A stretch of 64,000 nucleotides of DNA from Longimicrobiales bacterium (lineage in GTDB: Bacteria; Gemmatimonadota; Gemmatimonadetes; Longimicrobiales; Gaopeijiaceae): contig CBDCNQ010000001.1 in the NCBI GenBank assembly GCA_965219445.1, forward strand, positions 192,001-256,000. Reading direction: 5' to 3'. The notes beneath the pieces are model-generated. The model saw only the letters and a list, made by a program, of their open reading frames with translations, had not been told where the DNA came from and ran no database searches. A program made the translations under genes and the position numbers. This document shows positions 44,578 to 55,569 of this stretch, one piece after another. Numbering within the stretch: position 1 is the stretch's first letter; every line of letters begins with the position of its first letter.

Positions 44578-45633
44578 ATGACACAGACAGCCAAGCCGTC
44601 GGTCCGGCATCCCGGCCTCAAGCCCAACAAGTTCGGGCTTACTCAGCGGGATTATGAGGGGACCCAGTCGACGCTTTGTGCAGGGTGCGGTCACGATTCC
44701 GTTACCGCGGCGATCGTTCAGGCGTTTTTCGAGCTCGATATGCCGCCCCACCGGGTCGCGAAGCTGAGTGGGATCGGATGCTCGTCCAAGACGCCCACCT
44801 ACTTTCTCAGTGAGGCGCACGGCTTGAACTCACTCCACGGGCGTATGCCGTCCATCACTACGGGCGCGAATGCTGCAAACCGCGACCTATCCTACATCGG
44901 AGTCTCCGGAGATGGCGATTCGCTCTCCATCGGGCTGGGGGGTTTTTGCCACGCGATCCGCCGCAACGTGAATATGCTCTACATGTTGGAGAACAATGGT
45001 GTGTATGGACTGACCAAGGGTCAGTTTTCGGCGTCGGCTGATATGGGCAGCACGGCCAAACGCGGCGAGGAAAACCAGATGCGCCCCATCGATCCAGCGT
45101 CTACGGCGCTCGCGTTGGGCGCGTCATTTGTCGCACGAAGCTTCTCCGGAGACAAGAAGCAGCTGGTGCCTCTCATCAAGGCCGGGCTGACTCACCAGGG
45201 CTTCGCGCTCGTGGACATTATCTCTCCGTGCGTGACTTTCAACGACCATGAGGGCTCCACCAAGAGCTATGCCCACACGCGCGAACACGGACATGAGGTT
45301 GTCGAGACAGACTTCGTTCCGCCGCTCCACGAGATTCAGGCTCAACAGGATCACGGAGCGGCAACCGCGGTGACGATGCACGACGGGAGCGTGGTGCGGT
45401 TCAGATCCGTGAGTGAGCACTACGACCCGACCGATAGGGACGCGGCGTACGCCCATCTCAAGGCGCTCCAGGCGGAGGGAGAGGTGGCGACGGGCCTCCT
45501 TTTCATCGAGCCCACGAGTATGGACCTACACGCATTCGAGAATACGGTGGATCAGCCACTCGTCGACGTGCCATTCCAAAAGCTGTGCCCTGGGAGTGCG
45601 GTGCTGGCGAAGCTTCAGTCCCGCTGGCGTTGA
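44578..45633 (+). CDS. 2-oxoacid:ferredoxin oxidoreductase beta subunit
   Basis: LCAGCGH, SGIGCSSK, GDGD..NNGVYGLTKGQ TPP motif. Confidence 0.93.
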   Translation: MTQTAKPSVRHPGLKPNKFGLTQRDYEGTQSTLCAGCGHDSVTAAIVQAFFELDMPPHRVAKLSGIGCSSKTPTYFLSEAHGLNSLHGRMPSITTGANAANRDLSYIGVSGDGDSLSIGLGGFCHAIRRNVNMLYMLENNGVYGLTKGQFSASADMGSTAKRGEENQMRPIDPASTALALGASFVARSFSGDKKQLVPLIKAGLTHQGFALVDIISPCVTFNDHEGSTKSYAHTREHGHEVVETDFVPPLHEIQAQQDHGAATAVTMHDGSVVRFRSVSEHYDPTDRDAAYAHLKALQAEGEVATGLLFIEPTSMDLHAFENTVDQPLVDVPFQKLCPGSAVLAKLQSRWR

Positions 45634-45652
45634 CGGAGGAAGTGGCCGGCTT

Positions 45653-47503
<1,851 letters not shown>

Positions 47504-47512
47504 TCATGCCGC

Positions 47513-47586
47513 GCTCCCTACGCCGGTGTCAGCCGGGTCAGGTTCCAAGGGGCTCTCTCAACCCCGATTTTGGGGGTACCCCTGGC
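47513..47586 (-). ncRNA. TPP riboswitch
   Basis: Minus strand GGGGTACCC...GGGTTGAGA...CCCTTGGAACCTGACCCGGCTGACACCGGCGTAGGGAG upstream of thiC; hairpin at 47451-47483 downstream. Confidence 0.92.
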
Positions 47587-47689
47587 GGTTCACGAGAAAG
47601 ATACTCGGGCTGGTCTCCACCGTAAACTCTCCGAAATGGCCGCCATGGTCGATGTCGCCATGGCCTATGTGGTGGAGGTATCCTCGTGC

Positions 47690-48187
47690 CTACCTGGTGG
47701 CGAAAATGAACGTATAGGTTTCGCCGAGGGCGAACTTGGCATTCAGGGGGATCACGTCCATGAGAGCCAGGCCTAGGGCTCTATCGGACGTCGTGATGGA
47801 AATGCCAATGAGCCCCCGCACCGTGGGGTCACTCGGTACCCCATCGGGAAGAATCCAATTTTCCCAGTCCAGCTGGTAGCGATCACGGTCGAACGAGAAT
47901 CCCGGGGGAAGCTGATGTAGGAGCCCAGGGGGCACCACGCCGGCGTCCTCGTCCGGGGGCCAGGGGAGGTTTTCAAGGGAGAGGCGATTTGCCGCCTCCT
48001 CGATTACGCTGAACGTGGCACTGATCTCAGTCGCTCGTGCCTGTGTCAGAACCTCCTGCATCTGTGGGATGGCGATGCGTGTGAAGATACTCATGAGCAG
48101 CATCACCGTGATCGCCTCTATGATCGTCGAGCCGCGACCTTTCTTCTTGCCGACGCGTGGGGCGCCCGGGTGCTGAGGGGCGCTCAA
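47690..48187 (-). CDS. Pilin/pseudopilin-like protein
   Basis: Basic leader, RG|STIIE plus hydrophobic helix ending IAIP. Confidence 0.6.
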   Translation of the reverse strand: MSAPQHPGAPRVGKKKGRGSTIIEAITVMLLMSIFTRIAIPQMQEVLTQARATEISATFSVIEEAANRLSLENLPWPPDEDAGVVPPGLLHQLPPGFSFDRDRYQLDWENWILPDGVPSDPTVRGLIGISITTSDRALGLALMDVIPLNAKFALGETYTFIFATR

Positions 48188-48724
48188 TCGAACGCCAGGG
48201 GGTTAAGCACATTCGCACCGGCGCCCACAAACGTGTCGAGAGGTTCGACCGACGAGTACGAGAGCGTCACCCGTCCGGTTCGACCAAGTATGCGGTAATC
48301 ACTGTTCGTAAGCCGGACGTATTCCATGCCTCGAAAAGTGGAGCCCGCGTCATCGAGTGCGAGGGGCACACGCCCCGTACGGAGTAGGTATTGTTCGATT
48401 TTCTGGGCTTGAAAATACATTACGAGACGGAGGGTGGCCTCCTCCTCTTCCACTGGGGGCGGACCGGGAGGGGCAATCCGAAGGACGCTGGGCGGCCAGA
48501 TCCAAATCCATGCAGAGATGGCCGTGGCAAGAATGAGCGCTAAATGCCGTAACCCGATTCCCTGACGCTGGATGCGTAACCTTCGAGCACGGGCCTCGGC
48601 CTCTGTCTTCTCGATCTGCTCGCGTATCACAGCCGCCAGGGCAGCATCTCGCTCATCCGCCTGACTGACCTCCACGTCCACAGACTCTGGAGGCGGGTTC
48701 AGATCTATTGAATCGCTCATCATA
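48184..48724 (-). CDS. Hypothetical single-TM protein
   Basis: One TM segment; overlaps the downstream gene start; start uncertain. Confidence 0.6.
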
Positions 48725-48849
48725 TTCGCTCGAATCGGCGTCCCTTCCACCGGGTCCGCTCCCTGGGGAAGGCTATCACAAAGATACTCAGTGAAATTCC
48801 GTAATGCACTCAGTTCCCGCACGCACCTACTAGCTTTTTTGATCCAGAG

Positions 48850-50529
48850 CTAACGCGCAAGCCTCTTGTACTTGATCCGATGGGGTTGTTCAGCCTCTGC
48901 ACCGAGCCTTTTTCGCCGTTCCTCCTCATATTCGTGGTAGTTCCCTTCGAACCACAGGACCTGGCTTCCTCCCTCGAAGGCCAGGATGTGGGTTGCGATC
49001 CGATCCAGGAACCAGCGGTCGTGTGAAATGACCATGACCGATCCCGCGAATGAGAGCAAGGCCTCTTCAAGCGCACGGAGTGTATCGACATCGAGATCGT
49101 TCGTCGGCTCATCGAGCAGCATGAGATTACCACCCTCTTTCAGCAATTTCGCCAAGTGGAGCCGATTCCGTTCTCCGCCGGAGAGCACGCCCACCTTCTT
49201 TTGTTGCTCCGCCCCCCGAAAGTTGAACCAGGACAGGTAGGCTCTCGGATTCACATCGACTCGGCCGAACTTGAGGACTTCCCTTCCCTCCACCACCTCC
49301 TCAAAGACTGACTTGTCCGGATCCAGGGCGGATCTCGATTGATCGACGTATGCGAGCTTGACGGTCTTTCCCAGCCGGACTGATCCCGCGTCGGGCTCTT
49401 CCTGTCCGGTGATCATCCGGAAGAGAGTGGTCTTTCCCGCCCCATTGGGGCCGATGATTCCGGCGACGGCGCCCGGGGGAAGGGTGAACGCAAGGCCATC
49501 CATCAGGAGGTGATCGCCGAAGCCCTTCCTGACCCCGTCGCACACGACGACGTCGTTCCCTAAGCGGGGCCCCTTCGGTATGAGGATCTCGGCGGTGCGA
49601 ATCTGTTCCCGCTCATCCTGCGCCAGAAGCTCCTCGTAGGCACCGATCCGAGCCTTACCCTTGGCGTGCCGCGCCCGAGGTGCCATACGGATCCACTCCA
49701 ACTCGCGAGCGAGCGAGCTCTGGCGCGCAGATACGTGCTTCTCCTCCACACGCAGCCGCTCTCTCTTCTGTTCCAGCCACGAGGAGTAGTTCCCCTTCCA
49801 CGGGACACCCTCTCCACGATCCAGCTCGAGAATCCACTGAGCCACGTTATCGAGGAAGTATCGATCATGTGTGATCGCCACGATGGTTCCGGAAAATTCA
49901 CTCAAATATCGTTCGAGCCAGGCGACCGATTCAGCGTCGAGATGGTTGGTCGGCTCGTCGAGCAGGAGCATGTCGGGCTCTTCGAGTAGAACCTTGCACA
50001 AGGCGACTCTCCTGCATTCTCCGCCGGACAAGGTGGTCACGTCCGCGTCCGGAGGCGGGAGGCGAAGGGCATCCATGGCGATCTCGACTCGACGGTCCAA
50101 ATCCCAAGCGTTGGATGCATCGATCCGGTCCTGGAGGCGGGCCTGCTTTGCGATGAGTTCCTCCATTTCCTCATCCGTCATCGGCTCGGCGAATTTCATG
50201 CTGACCTCTTCGAACTCGTCGAGAAGGTTCCGGGTCTCTCGAACGGCCTCGTCGACGTTGCCCCGGACGTCGAACCCAGGATCGAGTTCGGGCTCCTGAG
50301 GCAGATAGCCGATTTTCGTGCCCTTGGCCGCCCAGGCCTCACCGAGGAAATCATCGTCCAGTCCCGCCATGATCTTGAGCAGCGTGCTCTTGCCCGAGCC
50401 GTTGAGACCGACCACACCGATCTTCGCTCCGTGAAAGAAGGACAACCAAATACCCTTCAGGATTTCTCGCTTGGGGGGGACGATCTTGCGGAGATCCTTC
50501 ATCACGAAGATGAACTGCTGATCGTTCAT
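48850..50529 (-). CDS. ettA: Energy-dependent translational throttle ABC-F protein
   Basis: [16 protein letters not shown], two ABC domains, C-terminal PHRIKYKRL. Confidence 0.95.
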   Translation of the reverse strand: MNDQQFIFVMKDLRKIVPPKREILKGIWLSFFHGAKIGVVGLNGSGKSTLLKIMAGLDDDFLGEAWAAKGTKIGYLPQEPELDPGFDVRGNVDEAVRETRNLLDEFEEVSMKFAEPMTDEEMEELIAKQARLQDRIDASNAWDLDRRVEIAMDALRLPPPDADVTTLSGGECRRVALCKVLLEEPDMLLLDEPTNHLDAESVAWLERYLSEFSGTIVAITHDRYFLDNVAQWILELDRGEGVPWKGNYSSWLEQKRERLRVEEKHVSARQSSLARELEWIRMAPRARHAKGKARIGAYEELLAQDEREQIRTAEILIPKGPRLGNDVVVCDGVRKGFGDHLLMDGLAFTLPPGAVAGIIGPNGAGKTTLFRMITGQEEPDAGSVRLGKTVKLAYVDQSRSALDPDKSVFEEVVEGREVLKFGRVDVNPRAYLSWFNFRGAEQQKKVGVLSGGERNRLHLAKLLKEGGNLMLLDEPTNDLDVDTLRALEEALLSFAGSVMVISHDRWFLDRIATHILAFEGGSQVLWFEGNYHEYEEERRKRLGAEAEQPHRIKYKRLAR

Positions 50530-50664
50530 ACGTTTCTGGAAGGCCGTTGAAGGAGTACAGTGGGCCGTGTTACGCCACTTCTTCAACAGCCTTCTGATCG
50601 AGAGGGTGACACGGAAGGGTGCGTCGGGACGGACAATCTAACGGGCGGGAAAACAGTCCGAAAT

Positions 50665-51909
50665 CTAGGCTGCCACGAACAGCCCAGTGGCGTACATGAC
50701 GATCAGTCCGCCCACCAACCCGGCTGCGTTCAGCGGGCCCCTCAGCCCCTCTCCATGAGATCCCATGGTCCTGCCGAGCACCCCGATGACCTGGACGATG
50801 GCTCCGGCGCCGATCGCCAAGAAGAGAACACTGGCCGTCGGTGAGTAGGAAAATCCTCCGATCCAAGTGCCGAGAATCGTGGGAACTCCCGCGATGAGGC
50901 CGAGGATGGCCAGCTGCACCAGGGACGGCCGTGAACGAGCCAGCGGCGCTACGATGCCGAGTCCCTCTGTCGTGTTGTGGAGCAGAAATCCGAAGACCAA
51001 GCTGGTCCCTAGCGCTACCTCTCCGATCGCATACGAGGAACCGATCGCGAGGCCCTCTCCGAGGTTGTGGAGCCCGATCCCGACGGCGATCAGGGCGGAT
51101 AGGCCCAGAGGACTGAGCGCGGAGTCACGCCGGCCCATGACGCTCACGGCGTGAATGACCAGCGGAGTACCGACCACTCCCAGCACAATGAGGCCGACCC
51201 CCTGAAACGCCGAGGCCACCTGGCCTGACAAGTCGAAGGCTCCCTCCAGCGCATCCACCCCTATGAAGAGCAGCAGACCTACCGTGAAGCTGAGGAAAAA
51301 ATCCACCCAACGCGGACCCACACCGGCAAGAAACGGCAGCCACAACAGTCCCAAGAACACGGGGATGACGCCCACATACGCGCCCAGAAGGGCGAAGGTG
51401 ACAACGTAGGATCGGGTGATCTGCGGAGACTGGGTGGCCACAGCCACTTCCTGCGTGAAGGTGACCCCAGTTGAGCTTAGGACCGAGATCGCCAGAGGGT
51501 CGCCGTCGACCCATGGGTAGGGGACCTCTACCACAATGTCGTCGAGACGGCCGACGAGGCGGTCCGGTGCGACCGTATGCTCCCAGTAGGCGTCGTCCAC
51601 GATCACCTGCGCGACCGTGACGGGCTCCGGGCCGCCGTTGACCATATGGATGCGGATCAGGCCGGGCTCGGGAAATGCGATCCGTTCAAAGGTGAGTTCC
51701 TCGATTGGCGGAAATGCGGCCCGGAATACGCCAACGGGCCCAACGCGGCCGAACACTACCAGTAGGGCCGCCAGGGCGAGCAGTGGGAACAGGCCCTTGG
51801 CGGCCAGGGCCTTGCGCCCCTGAGGAGCCGGGCCGGCCGTGGCATCCGACGGCGGGGCACCGGTCGCCTGACCGTCACCCGTATCCGTAAGGCTCGTGCC
51901 GGAGGTCAA
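50665..51909 (-). CDS. ZIP-family metal transporter with N-terminal extracytoplasmic domain
   Basis: GIGLHNLGEGLAIG and LLHNTTEG motifs; start overlaps the MCO stop. Confidence 0.88.
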   Translation of the reverse strand: MTSGTSLTDTGDGQATGAPPSDATAGPAPQGRKALAAKGLFPLLALAALLVVFGRVGPVGVFRAAFPPIEELTFERIAFPEPGLIRIHMVNGGPEPVTVAQVIVDDAYWEHTVAPDRLVGRLDDIVVEVPYPWVDGDPLAISVLSSTGVTFTQEVAVATQSPQITRSYVVTFALLGAYVGVIPVFLGLLWLPFLAGVGPRWVDFFLSFTVGLLLFIGVDALEGAFDLSGQVASAFQGVGLIVLGVVGTPLVIHAVSVMGRRDSALSPLGLSALIAVGIGLHNLGEGLAIGSSYAIGEVALGTSLVFGFLLHNTTEGLGIVAPLARSRPSLVQLAILGLIAGVPTILGTWIGGFSYSPTASVLFLAIGAGAIVQVIGVLGRTMGSHGEGLRGPLNAAGLVGGLIVMYATGLFVAA

Positions 51910-52958
51910 ACCAGGGTACGCGGCTTGACGTCGAGAATGCCCATCCACCCGAGCTCGGCGAATTCGCTTTGGTGGGCATGAAACATGTACCTCCCAGGGT
52001 GATCGTAGGTGAACTCGAGGACCGCGCGTTCACCCTGGCACAGCATCACCGTGTCGGTCCACTCATAACGTTCGAGGTCCGTTCCGGTGCGGTAGAGGCG
52101 GAAGAAATTTCCGTGCAGGTGGAACGAGTTGAGCAGATCGAACTCGGTCATGTTGCCGAGGTAAACCCGCACCAGCTCCCCCTGCTCGATCTCGATGGGA
52201 TGCCTCTGGTAATGATGCGCCACCGTGTTTACGGCATAGACCTCGTTGTCTCCGTCGAAATTGGTATCGAAGCCGTTCATCAGCATCATCATTTCGTTGG
52301 CTTCTGCCCTTTCCTCCGGCGGATCTACGATGAACGCGCCGTACAGACCCTTGTGGATGTGGCGCTTCAAGGGGAGGGAGTGGCAATGATAGAGGTGGAA
52401 CCCCATCGGAGCCGCGTCGAACTCGTATACGAATGTCTCTCCGGGCTCGACAACTTCGAAAACGCCATCCATCGCTGCGGTGTGGATCCCGTGGAAGTGG
52501 ATCGTGTGTGGGTGACTTCCCGCGTTGGTGAAGTTCACCTTCAGCCGATCCCCCTCAGTGCAACGGAGGGTCGGTCCGGGGACCGTGCCGTTGTAGGTCC
52601 ACGCGGCGAAGTGTACACCCGGCGCGACCTCGATTTCACGATCCACTGCGGTGATGGAGTATTCCCGCTGAATCCGGCCGGCCGAGAGCCTCGACACGCT
52701 GCCGTAGTTGAAATCCTTGAGGAACGCAGTGGCGTCGAATCCGGCCGGATCCACGTCACCCTCGACCCCGGCGAGCCCTGGGTTGTGGGCTCCGCCGGCC
52801 CCGTTGAGCGTCGGCTCTGCTTCGACCGGCCTCACTCCAGCCAGCGCCCCTGCCCCGGCCGCCAGGCCGACGGCCCCGGCCACTCCCGACCTAAAAAGGT
52901 CGCGACGTGAGATCCCGGCATGCGCTTGGCCACCCTTTTCGTCTTGCCTGTCGCCCAC
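51906..52958 (-). CDS. Tat-exported two-domain multicopper oxidase
   Basis: SRRDLF; HTIHFHG, YHCHSLPLKRHIHKGL, FHLHG, FHAH. Confidence 0.9.
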   Translation of the reverse strand: MGDRQDEKGGQAHAGISRRDLFRSGVAGAVGLAAGAGALAGVRPVEAEPTLNGAGGAHNPGLAGVEGDVDPAGFDATAFLKDFNYGSVSRLSAGRIQREYSITAVDREIEVAPGVHFAAWTYNGTVPGPTLRCTEGDRLKVNFTNAGSHPHTIHFHGIHTAAMDGVFEVVEPGETFVYEFDAAPMGFHLYHCHSLPLKRHIHKGLYGAFIVDPPEERAEANEMMMLMNGFDTNFDGDNEVYAVNTVAHHYQRHPIEIEQGELVRVYLGNMTEFDLLNSFHLHGNFFRLYRTGTDLERYEWTDTVMLCQGERAVLEFTYDHPGRYMFHAHQSEFAELGWMGILDVKPRTLV

Positions 52959-52990
52959 GCTGACTTCCTGGTTAAGGTTCCCCCAATACA

Positions 52991-53012
52991 AAAATTAGTC
53001 GTGCCTAATTTT
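52991..53012. promoter_or_regulatory. DtxR/MntR-like operator overlapping the MCO promoter
   Basis: Palindrome AAAATTAG-tcgtgc-CTAATTTT; minus-strand TTGACA at 53030-53035. Confidence 0.7.
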
Positions 53013-53107
53013 CAACCAAGCAAGCGGCTTGTCAAGAGTGTCTCATTGAAAGTCGGGCAAATCGCTGTAGACTCGACCGGTGGTGGCCGACCTAAAGGGC
53101 GGATTTT

Positions 53108-54394
53108 ATGATTGGGATCGTTGGGGGCGGAATCTCAGGCTTGGTTCTCGCGTTTGAGCTTCGCCGTCTGGGCGTCGAGGTCGTTGTTTGGGAGGCGGCG
53201 AGCGTTCCAGGCGGGGTCATGCGATCCCAGCTCCACGGGGATCTCGTACTGGAAATGGGCCCTCAGAGAGCACGGCTGAGCGGTCCGTTCCGGCAGCTCA
53301 TCGAGAGTGTGGAGCTAACCGAGGATTTGATCACAGCACCCGCGGATCTTCCACTGTATGTGTATCATCGAGGCCGATTGCGGCGGGCTCCTCTTTCCTT
53401 CTCACAGGCCGTGACCACTGATCTTCTTCCGTGGTGGGCCAAGCTGCGAGTGCTGGCCGAGCCCTTCACCGCGGGCCCCAGGGCAGATGATCGGGTGGGA
53501 CCCTTCTTACGGAGGAAGTTCGGCGGGACCGCGTATCGAGCCCTGTTGGGGCCCCTCTATGGTGGCCTTTACGCCTCCGATCCGGATCGGATGCCGGTCA
53601 AGCACGCGCTCCAAAGGACCCTGGTGGAGCTTGGTGTCCGGAGAAGTATCCTATGGCGGATGTTCCGTAGCGCAGGGCGGGCGGCCGAATCCGCGCCCTG
53701 CTCCTTCCGGGAAGGGATGGGATCGCTTCCGCTGGCGATCAGTCGTAAGCTGGAGGGTAGTGTCCGGCTAGAGGCCCCGGTGCGAACGCTGCGGAGGAAG
53801 GCGGACGGGTGGGACGTCGCCCTGGATGGCTCAGAAGTCCTGGGGGCTGAGGCGGTGGTCTTGGCGTGCCCCTCTGATGCCGCCGCCCGCCTCCTCGGGG
53901 ACGCCTATCCGGAAGAGGCGGCCCGGCTCTCGGCTCTTCGGTACAACCGGCTCGCCCTCGTATACCTCGAGTCCGGAGCGGAACTCCGAGGGCTCGGTTA
54001 CCAAGTAGCCTTCGGGGAGTCCCTCGAGACAAGGGGTGTGACCTGGAACGACAGCCTCTTCGGACGTCCGGGCCTGTTTACCGCTTACTTGGGGGGAATG
54101 GAGAACCCTGAACTACCCGGCTGGGATGATGAGCGGATTGCGGAGATCGCCCGCAAAGAGTTCGAAGTCGTCACCGGCCATCGGGCGGAGGTGGTTCATG
54201 TTTCTCGAACCCGGATCCCCGCATGGGACGAGACGTGGGATGGTCTCGAAGGGGCCGAGTGGCCCCCGGACCTGCACATTTGCTCGAACTACACGGCACG
54301 CCCGGGGATCTTGGGCAGAATCACCGACGCTCAGCGCTTGGCGGCTACACTCGTGAAAGAGTACCCGCCCAGATCGATCAGTCCGCAGCGTTGA
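53108..54394 (+). CDS. hemG: HemY-type protoporphyrinogen/coproporphyrinogen oxidase
   Basis: GGGISGL, GGVMRS, LEMGP, GLYASDP, SFREGM; adjacent to ferrochelatase. Confidence 0.85.
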   Translation: MIGIVGGGISGLVLAFELRRLGVEVVVWEAASVPGGVMRSQLHGDLVLEMGPQRARLSGPFRQLIESVELTEDLITAPADLPLYVYHRGRLRRAPLSFSQAVTTDLLPWWAKLRVLAEPFTAGPRADDRVGPFLRRKFGGTAYRALLGPLYGGLYASDPDRMPVKHALQRTLVELGVRRSILWRMFRSAGRAAESAPCSFREGMGSLPLAISRKLEGSVRLEAPVRTLRRKADGWDVALDGSEVLGAEAVVLACPSDAAARLLGDAYPEEAARLSALRYNRLALVYLESGAELRGLGYQVAFGESLETRGVTWNDSLFGRPGLFTAYLGGMENPELPGWDDERIAEIARKEFEVVTGHRAEVVHVSRTRIPAWDETWDGLEGAEWPPDLHICSNYTARPGILGRITDAQRLAATLVKEYPPRSISPQR

Positions 54395-55412
54395 GGCAAA
54401 ACGTGGCTGGAGTAGCCCGGCAGAGGCACCGGCGCAGACCCAGCTCACCCATGATCGGCTCGGGCCGAAGCACATCTTCCACGAGATCGGTGAGGAGCTC
54501 CGCGAAGGTGGGATCATCGTGGGGAATGGGTATGCGGTGGAACTCCAGGCCGGCTTCCTCAGCAGTCTCGCGGAGTTCACCATCCAGCTCCGCCAACGTT
54601 TCGGACTGCTCGTGCATGAAGCTCACCGCATCGACAATGATTCGAGACGCATCGATTTCCCGGACTACAGCTTCGACTTCGGGCGTGGTCCATTCGATGT
54701 CACGGTTCGTGTGGTTCTGGTATCCGAGCGAGTAATCGCGGATGCCGAGTTCCCGGGCCACATTACGGCACGTCTCTTCGACGTACTCCACATACCGTGG
54801 GCCATCCTCCAAGTACTTGAGCGGCGTACCGTGAGCGGAAAAGACCAGTCTGGTATCCGACGCGTGGAGGTCGACTCCCTCCTGTTTCACATAGTCTAGA
54901 ATCGCGTTCGCGCGGAGTCGTCGATACGCTGGGTGCCGATGCCAGCCCGTGATCTCACGGAGGGTCACGTCCCACGAGAGTTCAGTGACAGCGGCTTGAA
55001 CGTCTTCCAGGGCCGCCACCGTAGTGGACATACCGCAGAGCGGATAGATAGGAAGGGCCACGAGTTGCTCGACGGCGTCGGCTTGCGCCTGGGCTACGGC
55101 TTCACCGACCGAGGGCCCCGTAAACTGCATGCCCGAGTAACAATGCACGTCCAAACCTCGCCGGCGAAGAATTCGTTCGACCATGCGAGCCTGTTTGTGG
55201 GCCTGGTGGTTCATCGGGGATCCACCGATCTCCTTGTATTCCTTGATCAGGCCGGGTGCCCGCGCCTCGGCGAGTTTTCGCGCGTGACCCTTCCCCTTGT
55301 CGGATTCCAGGGACGAGTTCCGAGTGAAAATACGTTCCAGAAAAGGGATGACTTCCTTGAGCGTGGGATTCTCGGGCTCACCGAAGTTGAGTATCAAGAC
55401 ACCGATCTTCAT
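54378..55412 (-). CDS. hemH: Ferrochelatase
   Basis: GVLILNFGEP, YKEIGGSP, FSAHG, EQSETLAELD. Confidence 0.92.
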   Translation of the reverse strand: MKIGVLILNFGEPENPTLKEVIPFLERIFTRNSSLESDKGKGHARKLAEARAPGLIKEYKEIGGSPMNHQAHKQARMVERILRRRGLDVHCYSGMQFTGPSVGEAVAQAQADAVEQLVALPIYPLCGMSTTVAALEDVQAAVTELSWDVTLREITGWHRHPAYRRLRANAILDYVKQEGVDLHASDTRLVFSAHGTPLKYLEDGPRYVEYVEETCRNVARELGIRDYSLGYQNHTNRDIEWTTPEVEAVVREIDASRIIVDAVSFMHEQSETLAELDGELRETAEEAGLEFHRIPIPHDDPTFAELLTDLVEDVLRPEPIMGELGLRRCLCRATPATFCLNAAD

Positions 55413-55569
55413 TGATGAAGGTCCGGTTTCCGTATCGGGAAATGCGGGTGCGAGGGACAGGAACGGGGCGGCAGAGGGCCCAAGTAAGCCAAACCAGACA
55501 CGCACCACCAAGGCCGGAAACGTACGTGCTTGCGAAGCTCTGATCCAACGTGCGAGCCGGATACTCCGC

